Shown here: piece after piece, positions 30,646 to 42,246 of the stretch | Layout: the number at the start of each line of letters is the position of its first letter | Position numbering within the stretch: the stretch's first letter is position 1 | Notes under the pieces: model-generated | The model's database searches: none | Told to the model about the DNA's origin: nothing | What the model saw: only the letters and a program-made list of their open reading frames with translations | Source of the DNA: an uncultured Actinomycetota bacterium | Lineage (GTDB): Bacteria; Actinomycetota; Actinomycetes; Propionibacteriales; Propionibacteriaceae | Direction: 5' to 3' | DNA: 64,000 nucleotides | Assembly: GCA_963740705.1 (NCBI GenBank) | Contig: CAVUGB010000004.1 | Location: forward strand, 631,118 to 695,117 | Made by a program: the position numbers and the translations under genes

Positions 30646-30741
30646 AGGCCAACTCTAGGTTGCCGTGCCCGCCGCTGCCACTGGGTTTTCCGCACAACAA
30701 TCTGGGTGCGGGTGGGCGGTCGGCGGTCCTACAGTCAGGTC

Positions 30742-31236
30742 GTGGTGGAGATCCGGAGGCCGGTCGAGGCGGATGCCGCGGCGGCCACAGCCTGCCAGCT
30801 GGCGTGCTGGCGCGAGGCGTACGCAGGGTTGGTGCCGCCCGACCGCCTGACAGCGGCCATGGCCGATGTCGCTGCCCACACCGAACGTTGGCGAAGCCGC
30901 ATCCGCTCCGAGAACGAGCGCTGGCTCGCCGTCGACCAGGACGAGGTGGTGGGCTTCGCCCTGGCCGGGCCCAACCACGAAGTCGATGTCGAGGTCGACT
31001 GGCAGCTCTACGCGATCTACGTCCGCCAGGTCTACTGGGGCACGGGTCTGGGCCGTCGGCTGATCAAGGCGGCGATCCATGACCACGACGCCGTGCTCTG
31101 GGTATTCCGCGACAACCACCGAGCCCGACGCTTCTACGCCGCCCACGGCTTCGTCCCCGATGGCACCGAGCAGGAAGAGCCCACCTTCGGGGGCGTCGAG
31201 ATCCGCATGCTCCGCCGGTCCACCTACTCGGGCTGA
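30742..31236 (+). CDS. GNAT-family N-acetyltransferase
   Basis: WREAYAGLVP, LYAIYV..WGTGLGRRL and LWVFRDNHRARRFY. Confidence 0.88.
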   Translation: MVEIRRPVEADAAAATACQLACWREAYAGLVPPDRLTAAMADVAAHTERWRSRIRSENERWLAVDQDEVVGFALAGPNHEVDVEVDWQLYAIYVRQVYWGTGLGRRLIKAAIHDHDAVLWVFRDNHRARRFYAAHGFVPDGTEQEEPTFGGVEIRMLRRSTYSG

Positions 31237-31251
31237 GCTCAGGGGGCGGGG

Positions 31252-31428
31252 TCAGTCGTCTTCGTCGTCGAGGCGGGCGAGCCAGGTGGCGAGGCGCTCG
31301 ACGGGGATCTCGAAGTCGGGGTTGAGGTCGACGAAAGTCCGGAGTTGCTCAGCGAGCCACGCAAGGGTGACCTCGTCGTCACCCCTGCGTGTCTCGAGCT
31401 CTTCGATGCCTCGATCCGTGAAATACAT
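31252..31428 (-). CDS. DUF6104-like small acidic protein (58 aa, below the ORF-track cutoff)
   Basis: Manual translation MYFTDRGIEELETRRGDDEVTLAWLAEQLRTFVDLNPDFEIPVERLATWLARLDDEDD, immediately downstream of kgd. Confidence 0.85.
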   Translation of the reverse strand: MYFTDRGIEELETRRGDDEVTLAWLAEQLRTFVDLNPDFEIPVERLATWLARLDDEDD

Positions 31429-31443
31429 CCGGTCCCGTACGCC

Positions 31444-34400
31444 TCAGGCGAAGGCCGCGTCCATCAAGGCACGCTGCTGCGACTCGTGGACCTTGCCCGA
31501 ACCGACCGACGGCGCCGACGAGGCGGGCCGGGTGATCGGGGTCAGCTGCCACTGGCGACCGGGAACCTCCGCCGCCAGCGCACCAGGCAGGTTGAGGGCC
31601 ATGAACGGCCAGGCTCCCTGGTTGGTCGGCTCGTCCTGCACCCAGCGGACCTCTTTGACGTTGTCGTAGCGGGCGATCTCGTTGGCGATCTCCTTGCCGG
31701 GCAGCGGATACAGCCGCTCGACCGCGACGATCGCCACCTTGCCGACCTTGTCGGTCTGCTGGCGCCGGTTGACGAGGTCCCAGCGGACCTTGCCCGAGCA
31801 GAGGATGACCGACTCGACCTGGCTGGGGTCGGTCACCGTCGGGTCGGTCTGGATCGGCGTCCAGGTGCCTTCGGTGAAGTCGGCCGGCTGGGACACGGCC
31901 AGCTTGTTGCGCAGCATCGACTTCGGGGTCAAGACGATCAGCGGCCGGTGCTGCTCGCCCAGGGCCTGCGAGCGGAGCATGTGGAAGTGGCTCGCCGGGC
32001 TCGAGGGCTGGGCGACGGTGAAGGCGTTCTCGGCGGCCAGCGTCAAGAAGCGTTCGACCCGGGCCGACGAGTGGTCGGGTCCCTGGCCCTCGTAGCCGTG
32101 CGGCAGCAGCAGCACGACCCCCGACTTCTGGGTCCACTTGGCCTCACCCGAGGTGATGAACTCGTCGATGATGGTCTGTGCACCGTTGGCGAAGTCACCG
32201 AACTGGGCCTCCCACACGACCAGCGCCTCAGGCCGGGCCACGGAGTAGCCGTACTCGAAGCCCATCGCCGCGTACTCGCTGAGCAGCGAGTCGAAGACGT
32301 GGAACTTCCCCTGGTCCTCGTCGAGATGCTTCAGCGGCACCCAGGACTCGCCGGTGATCCGGTCGACGATGGCGGCGAACCGCTGCACGAAGGTGCCCCG
32401 CCGGCTGTCCTGGCCGGTCAGGCGTACGGTGCGGCCCTCGAGCAGTAGCGAACCCAGGGCCAAGATCTCGCCGGTGGCCCAGTCGATCGGGCCCTGGGTG
32501 ATGGCGGCGGCGCGGCGCTGCAGCTGCGGCATCACCTTCGGGTGCACGGTGAAGCCGTCAGGGAAGGTGGTGTGGGCGTCGGAGATCTTCTTGAGCGCCT
32601 CCGCCGTGATCGCCGTCCCGTGCTTGGCCCCAGCCTTCGCCGGATAGACCGGCACCCGGTTGAGGTCGACCTCGCGGGCCGGCAGCTCCGGATCGCGCAC
32701 CTCACGGAACACGCTCTCCAGGCGCTGCTGGAAGCGGGTCATCACTTCCTCGGCGTCCTCGACGCTGATGTCCCCGCGGCCGATCAGGGCCTCGGTGTAG
32801 AGCTTGCGGGTGGAGCGCTTCTTCTCGATCAGGTCATACATCTTGGGCTGGGTGAAGCTCGGGTCGTCGCCCTCGTTGTGCCCGCGCCGGCGGTAGCAGA
32901 TGAGGTCGATGACGACATCCTTGTTGAACTCCTGGCGGAACGCGAAGGCCAGCCGGGCGACCCGGATGCATGCCTCGGGGTCGTCGCCGTTCACGTGGAA
33001 GATCGGCGCGGCCACCATCCGAGCGACGTCGGTGCAGTAGATCGAGGAGCGCGACTCGGTCGGGGAGGTGGTGAAGCCGACCTGGTTGTTCACGATGATG
33101 TGGATGGTGCCACCCGTACGGTAGCCACGCAGCTGGCTGAGGTTGAGGGTCTCGGCCACCACACCCTGACCGGCGAACGCGGCGTCGCCGTGCATCAGCA
33201 CGGGGACCACCGGGAACTCGGTGCCCCGGTCGAGGATGTCCTGCTTGGCGCGGGCAATCCCTTCCAGGACAGGGTTGACGGCCTCGAGGTGGCTGGGGTT
33301 GGCGGCGACCGAGGTCTTGATCGTCGCCCCGGTCAGCGCGGTGAACTGGCCCTCCGAACCGAGGTGGTACTTGACGTCACCCGATCCCTGGACGGTCCGG
33401 GGATCGATGTTGCCCTCGAACTCGCGGAAGATCTGGGCGTACGACTTGCCCACGATGTTGGAGAGCACGTTCAGCCGGCCGCGGTGCGGCATGCCGATGC
33501 AGACCTCTTCCAGGCCGGCGTCGGCGGCCTGCTCGCAGACCTCGTCGAGCAGTGCGATGGCGGACTCGCCACCCTCGAGGCTGAAGCGCTTCTGTCCGAC
33601 GAACTTGGTCTGCAGGAAGGTCTCGAAGATCTCGGCCTCGTTGAGCTTGTCGAGGATCCGCAGGTGCTCCTCGCGAGGCAGCGACTCGTGCGGCCGCTCG
33701 ACCCGATCCTGGATCCACTTCCGCTGGGTGGGCTCGGAGATGTGCATGTACTCGATGCCGATGGTCCGGCAGTAGGAGTCGCGGAGGATGCCGAGGATCT
33801 TGCGCATCTTCATCAGGCCCTGCCCGCCGGCGAACGAGCCGGTGGCGAACTCACGGTCCAGGTCCCACAACGTCAGCCCGTGGCTCTGCACGTCGAGGTC
33901 GTAGTGCCGGCGCTGGCGGTACTCCAACGGGTCGGTGTCGGCCATCAGGTGGCCGCGGACCCGGTAGGCGTTGATCATCTCCATGATCCGCGCCTGCTTG
34001 GGGATCTGGTCCTCGTGGTCGGAGACGACGTCTTGAGCCCAGCGGATCGGCTCGTACGGGATCCTCAGCGAAGCGAAGACGTCGTCGTAGAAGCCGTCCT
34101 CGCCGAGCAGCAACGCGTGCAGCCGCTGCAGGTACTGCCCGGACTGCGCACCCTGGATGACCCGGTGGTCGTACGTCGAGGTGAGCGTCATGATCTTGCT
34201 GACGCCGTTCTCGGCCAGCCGGTCCGGGTTCGACCCCTGGAACTCCGGCGGGTAGTCCATCGAGCCGACGCCGATGATGGTGCCCTGGCCGGACATCAGC
34301 CGCGGCACCGAGTGGTTGGTGCCGATGGTGCCCGGGTTGGTCAACGTGATCGTGGTGCCCGCGAAGTCGGACACCTCGAGCTTGCCGGCGCGGGCCTTCT

Positions 34401-35295
34401 TCACCATCTGCTCGTACGCGGCCCAGAACTGGGCGAAGTCGAGCGTCTCGCAGCTCTTGATGCTCGGCACCAGCAGCTGGCGGGTGCCGTCCTCCTTGGG
34501 CAGGTCGATGGCCAGGCCGAGGTTGACGTGGGCCGGCACGACCATTGTCGGCTTGCCGTCGACGACCTCGTAGCCGGTGTTCATGGCGGGCACGTTCTTC
34601 AGCGCCTGCACCATGGCGTAGCCGATCAGGTGGGTGAAGGAGACCTTGCCGCCGCGGGCCCGGCGCAGGTGGTTGTTGATCACGACGCGCTGGTCGATCA
34701 GCAGCTTCACCGGCAGCGATCGGACGCTGGTCGCGGTGGGGACGGTCAGCGACACGTCCATGTTCTTCGCCGTCCGGGCGGGGGCACCACGCAAGGTGGT
34801 CCGCACCGGCTCCTCGAGCGAGACGTTCGGCCGGTTGGAGGGGTTGGGCGGATCAGCCGGGACGCCGCCGCGGGTGCCGGGCGTGGCGGGCCGGCCCTCC
34901 TTGTTCGGGCTGGCCTTCTCGACCGTCGGGGACCGGCGGCTGGTGCTGGCCGCGGCCACCGGAGCGGGCTTCACCTCAGGCGCCGGCGCGGGTGCCGGAG
35001 GCGCGGTCGTACGCGGTGTCTGCGCTGCGGGCTCGGCTGCCGGGGCCGGGGCTGGGGCCGACGCGGGCTTGGCTGGCACGGAGCCGTTGGGCTGGGCCGC
35101 GGGCGAACTGCCGTTCTCGGCTTCGCCGGGAGCGCCGTGGGTGGCGAAGTAGTTGGCCCACGCGGGGTCCACCGAGTCGGGATCTGCACTGAACTGCTCG
35201 TACATCTCCTCCAGCAGCCAGTCGTTGGCGCCGAAGTCGGTGTCTTCGGCGGCGGTCGCGGACTGGGTGGGTGATTGGTCGGGCACGATGGCCAC
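31444..35295 (-). CDS. kgd: Multifunctional 2-oxoglutarate decarboxylase/dehydrogenase with fused succinyltransferase
   Basis: FGANDWL N-terminus, acyltransferase [24 protein letters not shown] motif [10 protein letters not shown] and [14 protein letters not shown]. Confidence 0.95.
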   Translation of the reverse strand: MAIVPDQSPTQSATAAEDTDFGANDWLLEEMYEQFSADPDSVDPAWANYFATHGAPGEAENGSSPAAQPNGSVPAKPASAPAPAPAAEPAAQTPRTTAPPAPAPAPEVKPAPVAAASTSRRSPTVEKASPNKEGRPATPGTRGGVPADPPNPSNRPNVSLEEPVRTTLRGAPARTAKNMDVSLTVPTATSVRSLPVKLLIDQRVVINNHLRRARGGKVSFTHLIGYAMVQALKNVPAMNTGYEVVDGKPTMVVPAHVNLGLAIDLPKEDGTRQLLVPSIKSCETLDFAQFWAAYEQMVKKARAGKLEVSDFAGTTITLTNPGTIGTNHSVPRLMSGQGTIIGVGSMDYPPEFQGSNPDRLAENGVSKIMTLTSTYDHRVIQGAQSGQYLQRLHALLLGEDGFYDDVFASLRIPYEPIRWAQDVVSDHEDQIPKQARIMEMINAYRVRGHLMADTDPLEYRQRRHYDLDVQSHGLTLWDLDREFATGSFAGGQGLMKMRKILGILRDSYCRTIGIEYMHISEPTQRKWIQDRVERPHESLPREEHLRILDKLNEAEIFETFLQTKFVGQKRFSLEGGESAIALLDEVCEQAADAGLEEVCIGMPHRGRLNVLSNIVGKSYAQIFREFEGNIDPRTVQGSGDVKYHLGSEGQFTALTGATIKTSVAANPSHLEAVNPVLEGIARAKQDILDRGTEFPVVPVLMHGDAAFAGQGVVAETLNLSQLRGYRTGGTIHIIVNNQVGFTTSPTESRSSIYCTDVARMVAAPIFHVNGDDPEACIRVARLAFAFRQEFNKDVVIDLICYRRRGHNEGDDPSFTQPKMYDLIEKKRSTRKLYTEALIGRGDISVEDAEEVMTRFQQRLESVFREVRDPELPAREVDLNRVPVYPAKAGAKHGTAITAEALKKISDAHTTFPDGFTVHPKVMPQLQRRAAAITQGPIDWATGEILALGSLLLEGRTVRLTGQDSRRGTFVQRFAAIVDRITGESWVPLKHLDEDQGKFHVFDSLLSEYAAMGFEYGYSVARPEALVVWEAQFGDFANGAQTIIDEFITSGEAKWTQKSGVVLLLPHGYEGQGPDHSSARVERFLTLAAENAFTVAQPSSPASHFHMLRSQALGEQHRPLIVLTPKSMLRNKLAVSQPADFTEGTWTPIQTDPTVTDPSQVESVILCSGKVRWDLVNRRQQTDKVGKVAIVAVERLYPLPGKEIANEIARYDNVKEVRWVQDEPTNQGAWPFMALNLPGALAAEVPGRQWQLTPITRPASSAPSVGSGKVHESQQRALMDAAFA

Positions 35296-35429
35296 TGTCC
35301 CCTTCTTCCTTCTACGAACGGTCGCGGGCTCGGACGCCCGCCTTTACGGTCTGTCCAGGCATCGCTGGCTGATCCCCCGCGCAGACCTTTTCCTAGGCTA
35401 CCGAAGGATTGAGACCAGCAGGCGACTGG

Positions 35430-36701
35430 TCACGTCCGCGAGTCGGACCCGACCGCGGGACGGCCCAGAAACCGCCAGGCGAAACGGCAGACCTCGACGG
35501 TGAAGGCGACCAGGGCGAGGTTGCGCAGCGCCGTGACCAGGGTGGACACGACCACCATGATCTGGCCCTGGCGGCCGAGGAAGCCGTCGTAGAGCAGGGG
35601 ATAGACCAGGTGGGTCAGCAACGCGAGCACGAGCAGCTGCCGGGCCAGGTGGACGATGGCCACCCGCTCCGGCCTGGCGGCGCCGCCTCGCATCAGGATC
35701 AGGGCAGCCATCGGCCCGCCCATCCACAGCAGGTACTGCGGGCTGAGCGTCTTGTTGGTGATGGTCATGATCGCGACGGTCGCCAAGATGACCAGGCCGA
35801 TCGCCACCGGGGTCGAGCCCGAGGCGCGGAACGCCCGGACGAACAAGGCGATGATCATCGCCAGGCCGAGCACGGTGGCCAGGTTGCTGAGCAGCAGCAG
35901 CGGGGGCACGCCGGCGCCGAACACCTCGTACGCCTGGTACTTCGACATGGCCACCGACCACCCGGCCGGGCTGAAGGCGCGGGCCACCATCAGCGGCGTC
36001 GCCCAGATCGACTCGATCTGCAGCCCCCGACCGGACTGCCAGGTGAGGGGAGAGATCAGCCGGGCGGCGCCTCCGAAGATCAGACTGATCGCCGCCAGAC
36101 CGAACCCGACCAGGACAAAAGCGAGCCCGGCCGGACGACGGTCGCGCTTGAAGGCCAGAAAGGACGGGATCAGCAGGGCCGGCCACAGCTTGATCGCGGC
36201 CCCCAGCCCGGTCAGCGCGCCGGTGATCCAGGGACGCTTACGCGCCGCGAGGAGCGCACCACCGGCCAGCACGGCCGGCAGGATGTCGAAGCGCACGTAG
36301 CACAGCGGACCGATCAACGCCACGAAGACCAGCCAGAAGTCGATCGCGCGGTCGTGCCGACGGCCGGCGCTCCGCCACAGGGCGAGGACGAAGAGCGCGT
36401 CCAGGACCACCATGAAGACGATGAATGCGACCAGGTAGCCGGTTCGCGAGCCGCCGGTGATGCCGTACGGCAGCCACAGGATCCAGGTCACCGGCGTCGG
36501 GTACTCGTTCAAGGTGCCGGCCAGGCCGGCTGCGGAGAGACCGTTGATCTTGCGCCAGTAGTAGAAGACGTCGCCGACGACCAACCGCTCCACGGTGGCA
36601 AGCACGACCAAGATCAACACCCGCGTGGCCAACCAGCTCAGCACGACCGATCGGCCGCCGCGGCGGGCGTCGTACCAGCGGGTCAGACTCTGCGTGCTCA
36701 A
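35430..36701 (-). CDS. GT-C membrane glycosyltransferase (GT87-like)
   Basis: GDVFYY, EYP, RFDILPA, IKLWP, RGLQIES and KTLSPQYLLW; multiple TM segments. Confidence 0.8.
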   Translation of the reverse strand: MSTQSLTRWYDARRGGRSVVLSWLATRVLILVVLATVERLVVGDVFYYWRKINGLSAAGLAGTLNEYPTPVTWILWLPYGITGGSRTGYLVAFIVFMVVLDALFVLALWRSAGRRHDRAIDFWLVFVALIGPLCYVRFDILPAVLAGGALLAARKRPWITGALTGLGAAIKLWPALLIPSFLAFKRDRRPAGLAFVLVGFGLAAISLIFGGAARLISPLTWQSGRGLQIESIWATPLMVARAFSPAGWSVAMSKYQAYEVFGAGVPPLLLLSNLATVLGLAMIIALFVRAFRASGSTPVAIGLVILATVAIMTITNKTLSPQYLLWMGGPMAALILMRGGAARPERVAIVHLARQLLVLALLTHLVYPLLYDGFLGRQGQIMVVVSTLVTALRNLALVAFTVEVCRFAWRFLGRPAVGSDSRT

Positions 36702-36842
36702 GCGTTGGAACCCCTCGACTCGGCCCGGCGGTCAGACGGATGTGAGGCCTTACCCGGAAAACGCACCACTGGTTCGACGGTCGTCCATGGGACACGTCAG
36801 GGATCCGCGAACCAGTGATGCGAAATCAGGGCCAGGCATCAG

Positions 36843-36914
36843 CGCCCCCGGCAGGATTCGAACCTGCGCTCCCGCCTCCGGAGGGCGGTGCTCTATCCCC
36901 TGAGCTACGGGGGC
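36843..36914 (-). tRNA. tRNA-Arg (anticodon CCG), CCA not encoded
   Basis: GCCCCCG/CGGGGGC acceptor stem, D arm, CCGCC-CT-CCG-GA-GGCGG anticodon arm and GGTTCGAATCC T loop. Confidence 0.97.
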
Positions 36915-37073
36915 CCGCCCCACGGTGACGCGGGACCGGGCCGAATGGACCGTGGAGAAATGTACCAGTGCGGCCGCACCCGCGTTGTCACATTCCACCC
37001 GCGTGGCGACTGAGGCTGTCCGCGCATCGGCTATTCCCGGGCGACGCCGGGCGGTCTGGCACAGTTCGACCTT

Positions 37074-38477
37074 GTGACGCACTCCCATGTCGCCGGCTCG
37101 ATCCACGCCGACGTTGCCTCGCGTGCGCCCGGCTGGCTGGCCGTGCCGCACGACGTCAACGCGCTGCTGCCGAGGCTGTGGAGCGCTGGGGTCAGCAAGG
37201 ATGACAGACGGGGTGCTCTCGGTGGCCGGTCTGAGCGTGCTGGACATCGCCGAGCAGGTCGGCACCCCGGCGTACGTGGTCGACGAGGCCGATCTGCGGT
37301 CTCGGGCGCGGGCCTTCGCCGACGGCGTTCGCGGGCTGGGACGTCTACTACGCCGCCAAGTCGTTCCTGTGCACGGCGGTCGCCCGTTGGGTGAGCGAGG
37401 AAGGCCTCGGCATCGACGTCTGCACCGGTGGCGAGCTCGCCGTGGTCCAGCGGGCCGGCGTCGACCTCAGCAAGGTCGGGTCTGCACGGCAACAACAAGA
37501 GCCTCGACGAGCTCCGCCAGGGCCTGACCGCCGGGGTGGGACGGATCATCGTCGACTCGTTCGACGAGATCGCCCGGCTGGGTCGGCTGGCCGACGAGCT
37601 CGGGCTGCGGCCGCGGGTGATGGTCCGGGTGACCACCGGCGTCGAGGCCCACACCCACGAGTACATCGCGACAGCGCACGAGGACCAGAAGTTCGGCTTC
37701 TCGATCGCCGGCGGAACCGCGGCGGCGGCCCTGCTCGCCTGTCACGAGCACCCGGCTCTGGACCTGGTTGGGATCCATTCCCACATCGGGTCGCAGATCT
37801 TCGACGCCGAGGGGTTCGAGGTCGCGGCCCGGCGCACCCTGCGGCTGCACGCCGACTTCGCCGCCCGGACCGGAGTCGAGATGGGCGAGCTGGACCTCGG
37901 CGGCGGCTTCGGCATCGCCTACACCAGTGCGGACTCCCCGTCCGAACCGCAGGTGCTGGCCGACGCGTTGCGGACGATCATCGACACCGAGTGCACAGCC
38001 CTGGACATCGCGGTACCGCATCTGTCGATCGAGCCGGGCCGGGCGATCAGCGGGCCGAGCGCCTTCGCGCTCTACCGGGTCGGCACGGTCAAGCCGGTGG
38101 CGCTGGACGGCGGGGCCAGCCGGCTCTACGTCGCCGTCGACGGCGGCATGAGCGACAACATCCGGACCGCCCTGTACGCCGCGGAGTACTCCGCGACCCT
38201 GGCCTCGCGGCGCTCGGATGCTCCACCGACGCTGGCTCGTGTCGTGGGCAAGCACTGCGAGGGAGGCGACATCTTGGTCCGGGACGAGTTCTTGCCGGCC
38301 GACATCGCCGACGACGACCTGGTTGCGGTGCCGGCATCAGGTGCCTACAGCCGCTCGATGGCCAGCAACTACAACCACGTGCCACGTCCACCGGTGGTGG
38401 CGGTCCGCGACGGGCGGCTGACCACGTTGATCCGTCGGGAGACCGTCGACGACCTGCTCGCTCTCGACGTGGGTTGA
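37074..38477 (+). CDS. lysA: Diaminopimelate decarboxylase; several frameshifts between about 37200 and 37480
   Basis: [51 protein letters not shown] and GAY..MASNYN spread over frames. Confidence 0.9.
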
Positions 38478-38561
38478 CCGTTTCGCGCGAACGCGCCCGA
38501 TGGGGAACAATAAATCCGCCGCGAACCCCAGTCAGCGGCAAGAGATGTAGGCGAGGTCTTC

Positions 38562-39905
38562 GTGACAGTGACAAGCGTGCAGCCTGAGGTCAGGCGGCTG
38601 GACGAGCAGGATGCCCCACTGCGGGTGGCTCTGCTCGGCTGCGGCACTGTCGGCTCCGAGGTGGCGCGGCTGATCACCGAGCAGGCGGCCGACCTGAAGG
38701 CTCGGATCGGGCGGCCGCTGGAGCTCATCGGCATCGCCGTCCGCCGCCCCAACCGCGACCGGCCGGGCATCGACCCCGCCCTGTTCACCGCCGACGCCGA
38801 GGCCCTGGTGGCCCGTGACGACGTCGACCTGGTGATCGAGGTGATCGGGGGCATCGAACCGGCCCGGTCGCTGATCCTCTCGGCCCTGGAGCACGGGGCG
38901 TCGGTGGTCACGGCCAACAAGGCTCTGCTGGCCGAGGACGGGGCCAGCCTGTTCGCTGCCGCCGAGCAGGCCCGCGCCGACCTCTACTTCGAGGCAGCGG
39001 TCGCCGGCGCGATCCCGATCATCCGTCCACTGCGCGAGTCGTTGGTCGGCGACGAGATCACCTCGGTGATCGGGATCGTCAACGGCACCACCAACTTCAT
39101 CCTCGACAAGATGGATGCGGCCGGCGCCGGCTTCGCCGAGACGCTGGCCGAGGCGCAGGAACTCGGCTACGCCGAGGCCGACCCGACGGCCGACGTCGAA
39201 GGCTTCGACGCGGCCGCCAAGGCGGCGATCCTGGCCAGCCTGGCCTTCCACACCCGGGTCACCGGGGCCGACGTCTACCGCGAGGGCATCACCGAGGTGA
39301 GCTCGTCCGACATCGCGTCGGCGCGCGACATCGGCTGCGTGGTCAAGCTGGTGGCGATCTGCCAGCTGTCCGACGCGGACCCGGCCGGCGAGCGTACGGT
39401 CTCGGTGCGGGTGCACCCGGCGATGATCCCGCGGAGCCATCCGCTGGCCAGCGTGGGCGGGGCCTACAACGCGGTGTTCGTGGAGTCCCGCTGGGCCGGT
39501 CGGCTGATGTTCTACGGCCCGGGCGCCGGGGGCTCGCCGACCGCCAGTGCCGTGCTCGGCGACCTGGTGACGGTGGCGCGCAACCGCGTACGCGGGGCGA
39601 TCGGACCGGGGGAGTCCAGCTACGCCGCCCGTCCGGTGGCCAAGATCGGCAGCGTCATGACCCGCTACCACCTCTCGCTCGAGGTGGCCGATGTCGCCGG
39701 TGTGCTGGCCACGATCGCCCAGGTGTTCGCCCGCCACGACGTGTCGATCCAGACCGTACGCCAGAACGGCCGCGGCGCCGACGCGCAGCTGGTGATCGTG
39801 ACCCACCGGGCGCTGGACCAGGACCTGAGCGCCACCGTGGAGTCGCTGCGCAACCTGGACGAGGTGCTCCAGGTGACCAGCGTGATGAGAGTCGAAGGTG
39901 AATGA
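38562..39905 (+). CDS. hom: Homoserine dehydrogenase with ACT domain
   Basis: [46 protein letters not shown] and GPGAG. Confidence 0.95.
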   Translation: MTVTSVQPEVRRLDEQDAPLRVALLGCGTVGSEVARLITEQAADLKARIGRPLELIGIAVRRPNRDRPGIDPALFTADAEALVARDDVDLVIEVIGGIEPARSLILSALEHGASVVTANKALLAEDGASLFAAAEQARADLYFEAAVAGAIPIIRPLRESLVGDEITSVIGIVNGTTNFILDKMDAAGAGFAETLAEAQELGYAEADPTADVEGFDAAAKAAILASLAFHTRVTGADVYREGITEVSSSDIASARDIGCVVKLVAICQLSDADPAGERTVSVRVHPAMIPRSHPLASVGGAYNAVFVESRWAGRLMFYGPGAGGSPTASAVLGDLVTVARNRVRGAIGPGESSYAARPVAKIGSVMTRYHLSLEVADVAGVLATIAQVFARHDVSIQTVRQNGRGADAQLVIVTHRALDQDLSATVESLRNLDEVLQVTSVMRVEGE

Positions 39906-39909
39906 CGTG

Positions 39910-41001
39910 ATGCCCAGCTCCGCCGCCCAGCCGGTCGTCCGTCGGCCGTCCCGAGGGCTGATCGCGCGCTACCGCGACTGGCTCCCGCTGGCCGACTCCG
40001 ATCCCGTGGTCAGCCTCGGCGAAGGCAGCACGCCGCTCGTCGAGGCGGACGCCTTGTCCGAGATCGTCGGGTCTCAGGTGTGGGTCAAGGTCGAGGGCGC
40101 GAACCCGACCGGCTCGTTCAAGGACCGGGGCATGACCGTGGCCCTGAGCATCGCCGCTGGTGAGGGCGCACAAGCGGTGGTCTGCGCCTCGACCGGCAAC
40201 ACCTCCGCGTCAGCGGCCGCGTATGCCGCCAAAGCCGGTCTGCTGCCCATTGTGTTGCTGCCGGCCGGACGGATCGCCATGGGCAAGCTGGCCCAGGCCG
40301 TCGTCCACGGTGCCAAAGTCATCCAGGTCGACGGCAACTTCGACGACTGCCTCGAGCTGGCCCGGGCGCTGGCCGACCATCATCCGGTGGCCTTGGTCAA
40401 CTCGGTCAACCCGAACCGGATCGAGGGCCAGAAGACCGCGGCGTTCGAGATCGTCGACGACCTCGGCGATGCCCCGGACCTGCACGTCATCCCGGTCGGG
40501 AACGCCGGGAATATCTCGGCCTACTGGCGTGGTTACACCCAGTACGCGGCGGCCGGCAAGGCGTCGCACGCTCCTCGCATGTGGGGTTTCCAAGCGGCTG
40601 GGGCGGCGCCGTTGGTCCTCGGTCACCGCGTGCCCAGTCCGGAGACCGTGGCTACCGCGATCCGTATCGGCAACCCGGCCTCGGGGCATCTGGCGCTCGC
40701 TGCCCGCGACGAGTCGCACGGACTGATCGAGTCGGTCACCGACGAGCAGATCCTCAATGCCCAGGCGTTCCTGGCCAGCCGGGAAGGCATCTTCGTCGAG
40801 CCCGCTTCGGCCGCGGGGGTCGCTGGGCTGCTGCACAAGCACGAGCGTGGTGAGCTGGACACCGGCCTGAAGATCGCCATCACGGTGACCGGGCACGGGT
40901 TGAAGGACATCGACACCGCACTCCAGGGCCGTGGTCCGGTGCAGGCCGAGGTGGTGGCCGCCCAGCTGGACGCCGTCGCCGCCGCCTGCGGATTCGCCTG
41001 A
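39910..41001 (+). CDS. thrC: Threonine synthase
   Basis: [24 protein letters not shown] and PVGNAGN. Confidence 0.95.
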   Translation: MPSSAAQPVVRRPSRGLIARYRDWLPLADSDPVVSLGEGSTPLVEADALSEIVGSQVWVKVEGANPTGSFKDRGMTVALSIAAGEGAQAVVCASTGNTSASAAAYAAKAGLLPIVLLPAGRIAMGKLAQAVVHGAKVIQVDGNFDDCLELARALADHHPVALVNSVNPNRIEGQKTAAFEIVDDLGDAPDLHVIPVGNAGNISAYWRGYTQYAAAGKASHAPRMWGFQAAGAAPLVLGHRVPSPETVATAIRIGNPASGHLALAARDESHGLIESVTDEQILNAQAFLASREGIFVEPASAAGVAGLLHKHERGELDTGLKIAITVTGHGLKDIDTALQGRGPVQAEVVAAQLDAVAAACGFA

Positions 41002-41011
41002 GGGTCGGCCG

Positions 41012-41935
41012 GTGACCAGCATCCTGCGACCCGGATCTTCGGTCACGGTCGAAGTGCCGGCGACCAGCGCCAACCTGGGCCCGGGGTTTGACTGCTTCGG
41101 ACTGGCCTTCGACTGGCGCGAACGGATCAAGCTGGCGGTGGTCGAGCAGGGCTTCCACCTGGACGTGACCGGTGAAGGTGCCGACGAGATCCCGCGGGAC
41201 GAGAGCCACCTCATCATCCGGTCCGCGCTGACCGGACTGGCCGATCTCGGTTTCGCCGCGCCAGGTCTGCGGCTGCAGTGCCGCAACACGATCCCGCACG
41301 GTCGCGGTCTGGGCTCGTCCTCGGCGGCGATCGTCGCGGGGCTGGCGGCAGCCTCGGCGCTGGCCGGCCGTGCGCTGGACCTCGGCTGGCTGCTGCAGCA
41401 CGCGAACGCGATCGAGGGCCATCCGGACAACGTGGCGGCAGCGATCCACGGGGGGTTCGTGCTGGCGTACGAAGGCCGCAACGGTGTGGCGGTCGCTGAA
41501 GGACGGGTGGATCCGTCGGTCAGCGGCGTGGTCTACGTCGCCGACACGCCGGTGCCGACCCAGTCCGCGCGGGGTTTGTTGCCGGAGATGGTGCCGCACG
41601 ACGAGGCCGCGGCCAATGCCGGTCGGGCTGCCGTGCTGGTCCACGCCTTGGCGTACGACCCCAGTCTGCTGTTCGACGGAACCCGTGACTGGCTGCACCA
41701 GGGTTACCGCTCCACCGCCATGCCCAGGTCGTACGAGCTGGTCAAATCGCTGCGTAGCAAGGGTTTCGCCGCCGTCATCAGTGGGGCGGGACCGAGCGTG
41801 GCGGTGCTCGGGCCCACGGCGCAGCTGGCTGGGCTGTTGGACGAGCCGGTGGCCGGTTTCTCCCTCCGTCCGGTCGCCATCGGCGGGCCGGTGTCAGTGA
41901 CGGTCGACCCGCTCAGTGAACTTTTGCCGAGTTGA
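41012..41935 (+). CDS. thrB: Homoserine kinase
   Basis: VPATSANLGPGFD, PHGRGLGSS, EGHPDN and SGAGPS. Confidence 0.95.
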   Translation: MTSILRPGSSVTVEVPATSANLGPGFDCFGLAFDWRERIKLAVVEQGFHLDVTGEGADEIPRDESHLIIRSALTGLADLGFAAPGLRLQCRNTIPHGRGLGSSSAAIVAGLAAASALAGRALDLGWLLQHANAIEGHPDNVAAAIHGGFVLAYEGRNGVAVAEGRVDPSVSGVVYVADTPVPTQSARGLLPEMVPHDEAAANAGRAAVLVHALAYDPSLLFDGTRDWLHQGYRSTAMPRSYELVKSLRSKGFAAVISGAGPSVAVLGPTAQLAGLLDEPVAGFSLRPVAIGGPVSVTVDPLSELLPS

Positions 41936-42246
41936 GATACGGCGGGTAGCACGGATCCGGCCCGGCTAGTGCTAGCCTGATCTCGCCAACAGGTCATCCG
42001 ATCTGCAGCGGCTCAGCTCCAGCCAGAGGCATCTGCCCAGGTGAGCCACCCCGCAGATCGACCAGGGCAGCGCCTCAAAGGTCAGGCGCGACGCCGAGAC
42101 TCCTCACCTGCGTCTCCCGTCATCCATATCTCAGTACCCGTCGCCGCAAAGCGGTGATGACCTTACGTAGAACGACTCCGGATCGGGGTGAAGTGCACTC
42201 CGATCCATTGGAAGGGTGGCCGAGACGGCGCCCACACCGATAAGGA

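Noticed and set aside
30374-30700. Short ORFs in the SPFH upstream region (30358-30636, 30374-30658, 30512-30700)
   Set aside because: No ribosome-binding site or protein motif; strand-specific base pairing explains the region better.
32542-35274. 910-aa plus-strand ORF
   Set aside because: Antisense shadow of kgd produced by high third-position GC; no recognisable motifs.
36780-36914. Genomic island integrated at tRNA-Arg
   Set aside because: No integrase nearby and I noticed no duplicated tRNA 3' end in the window.
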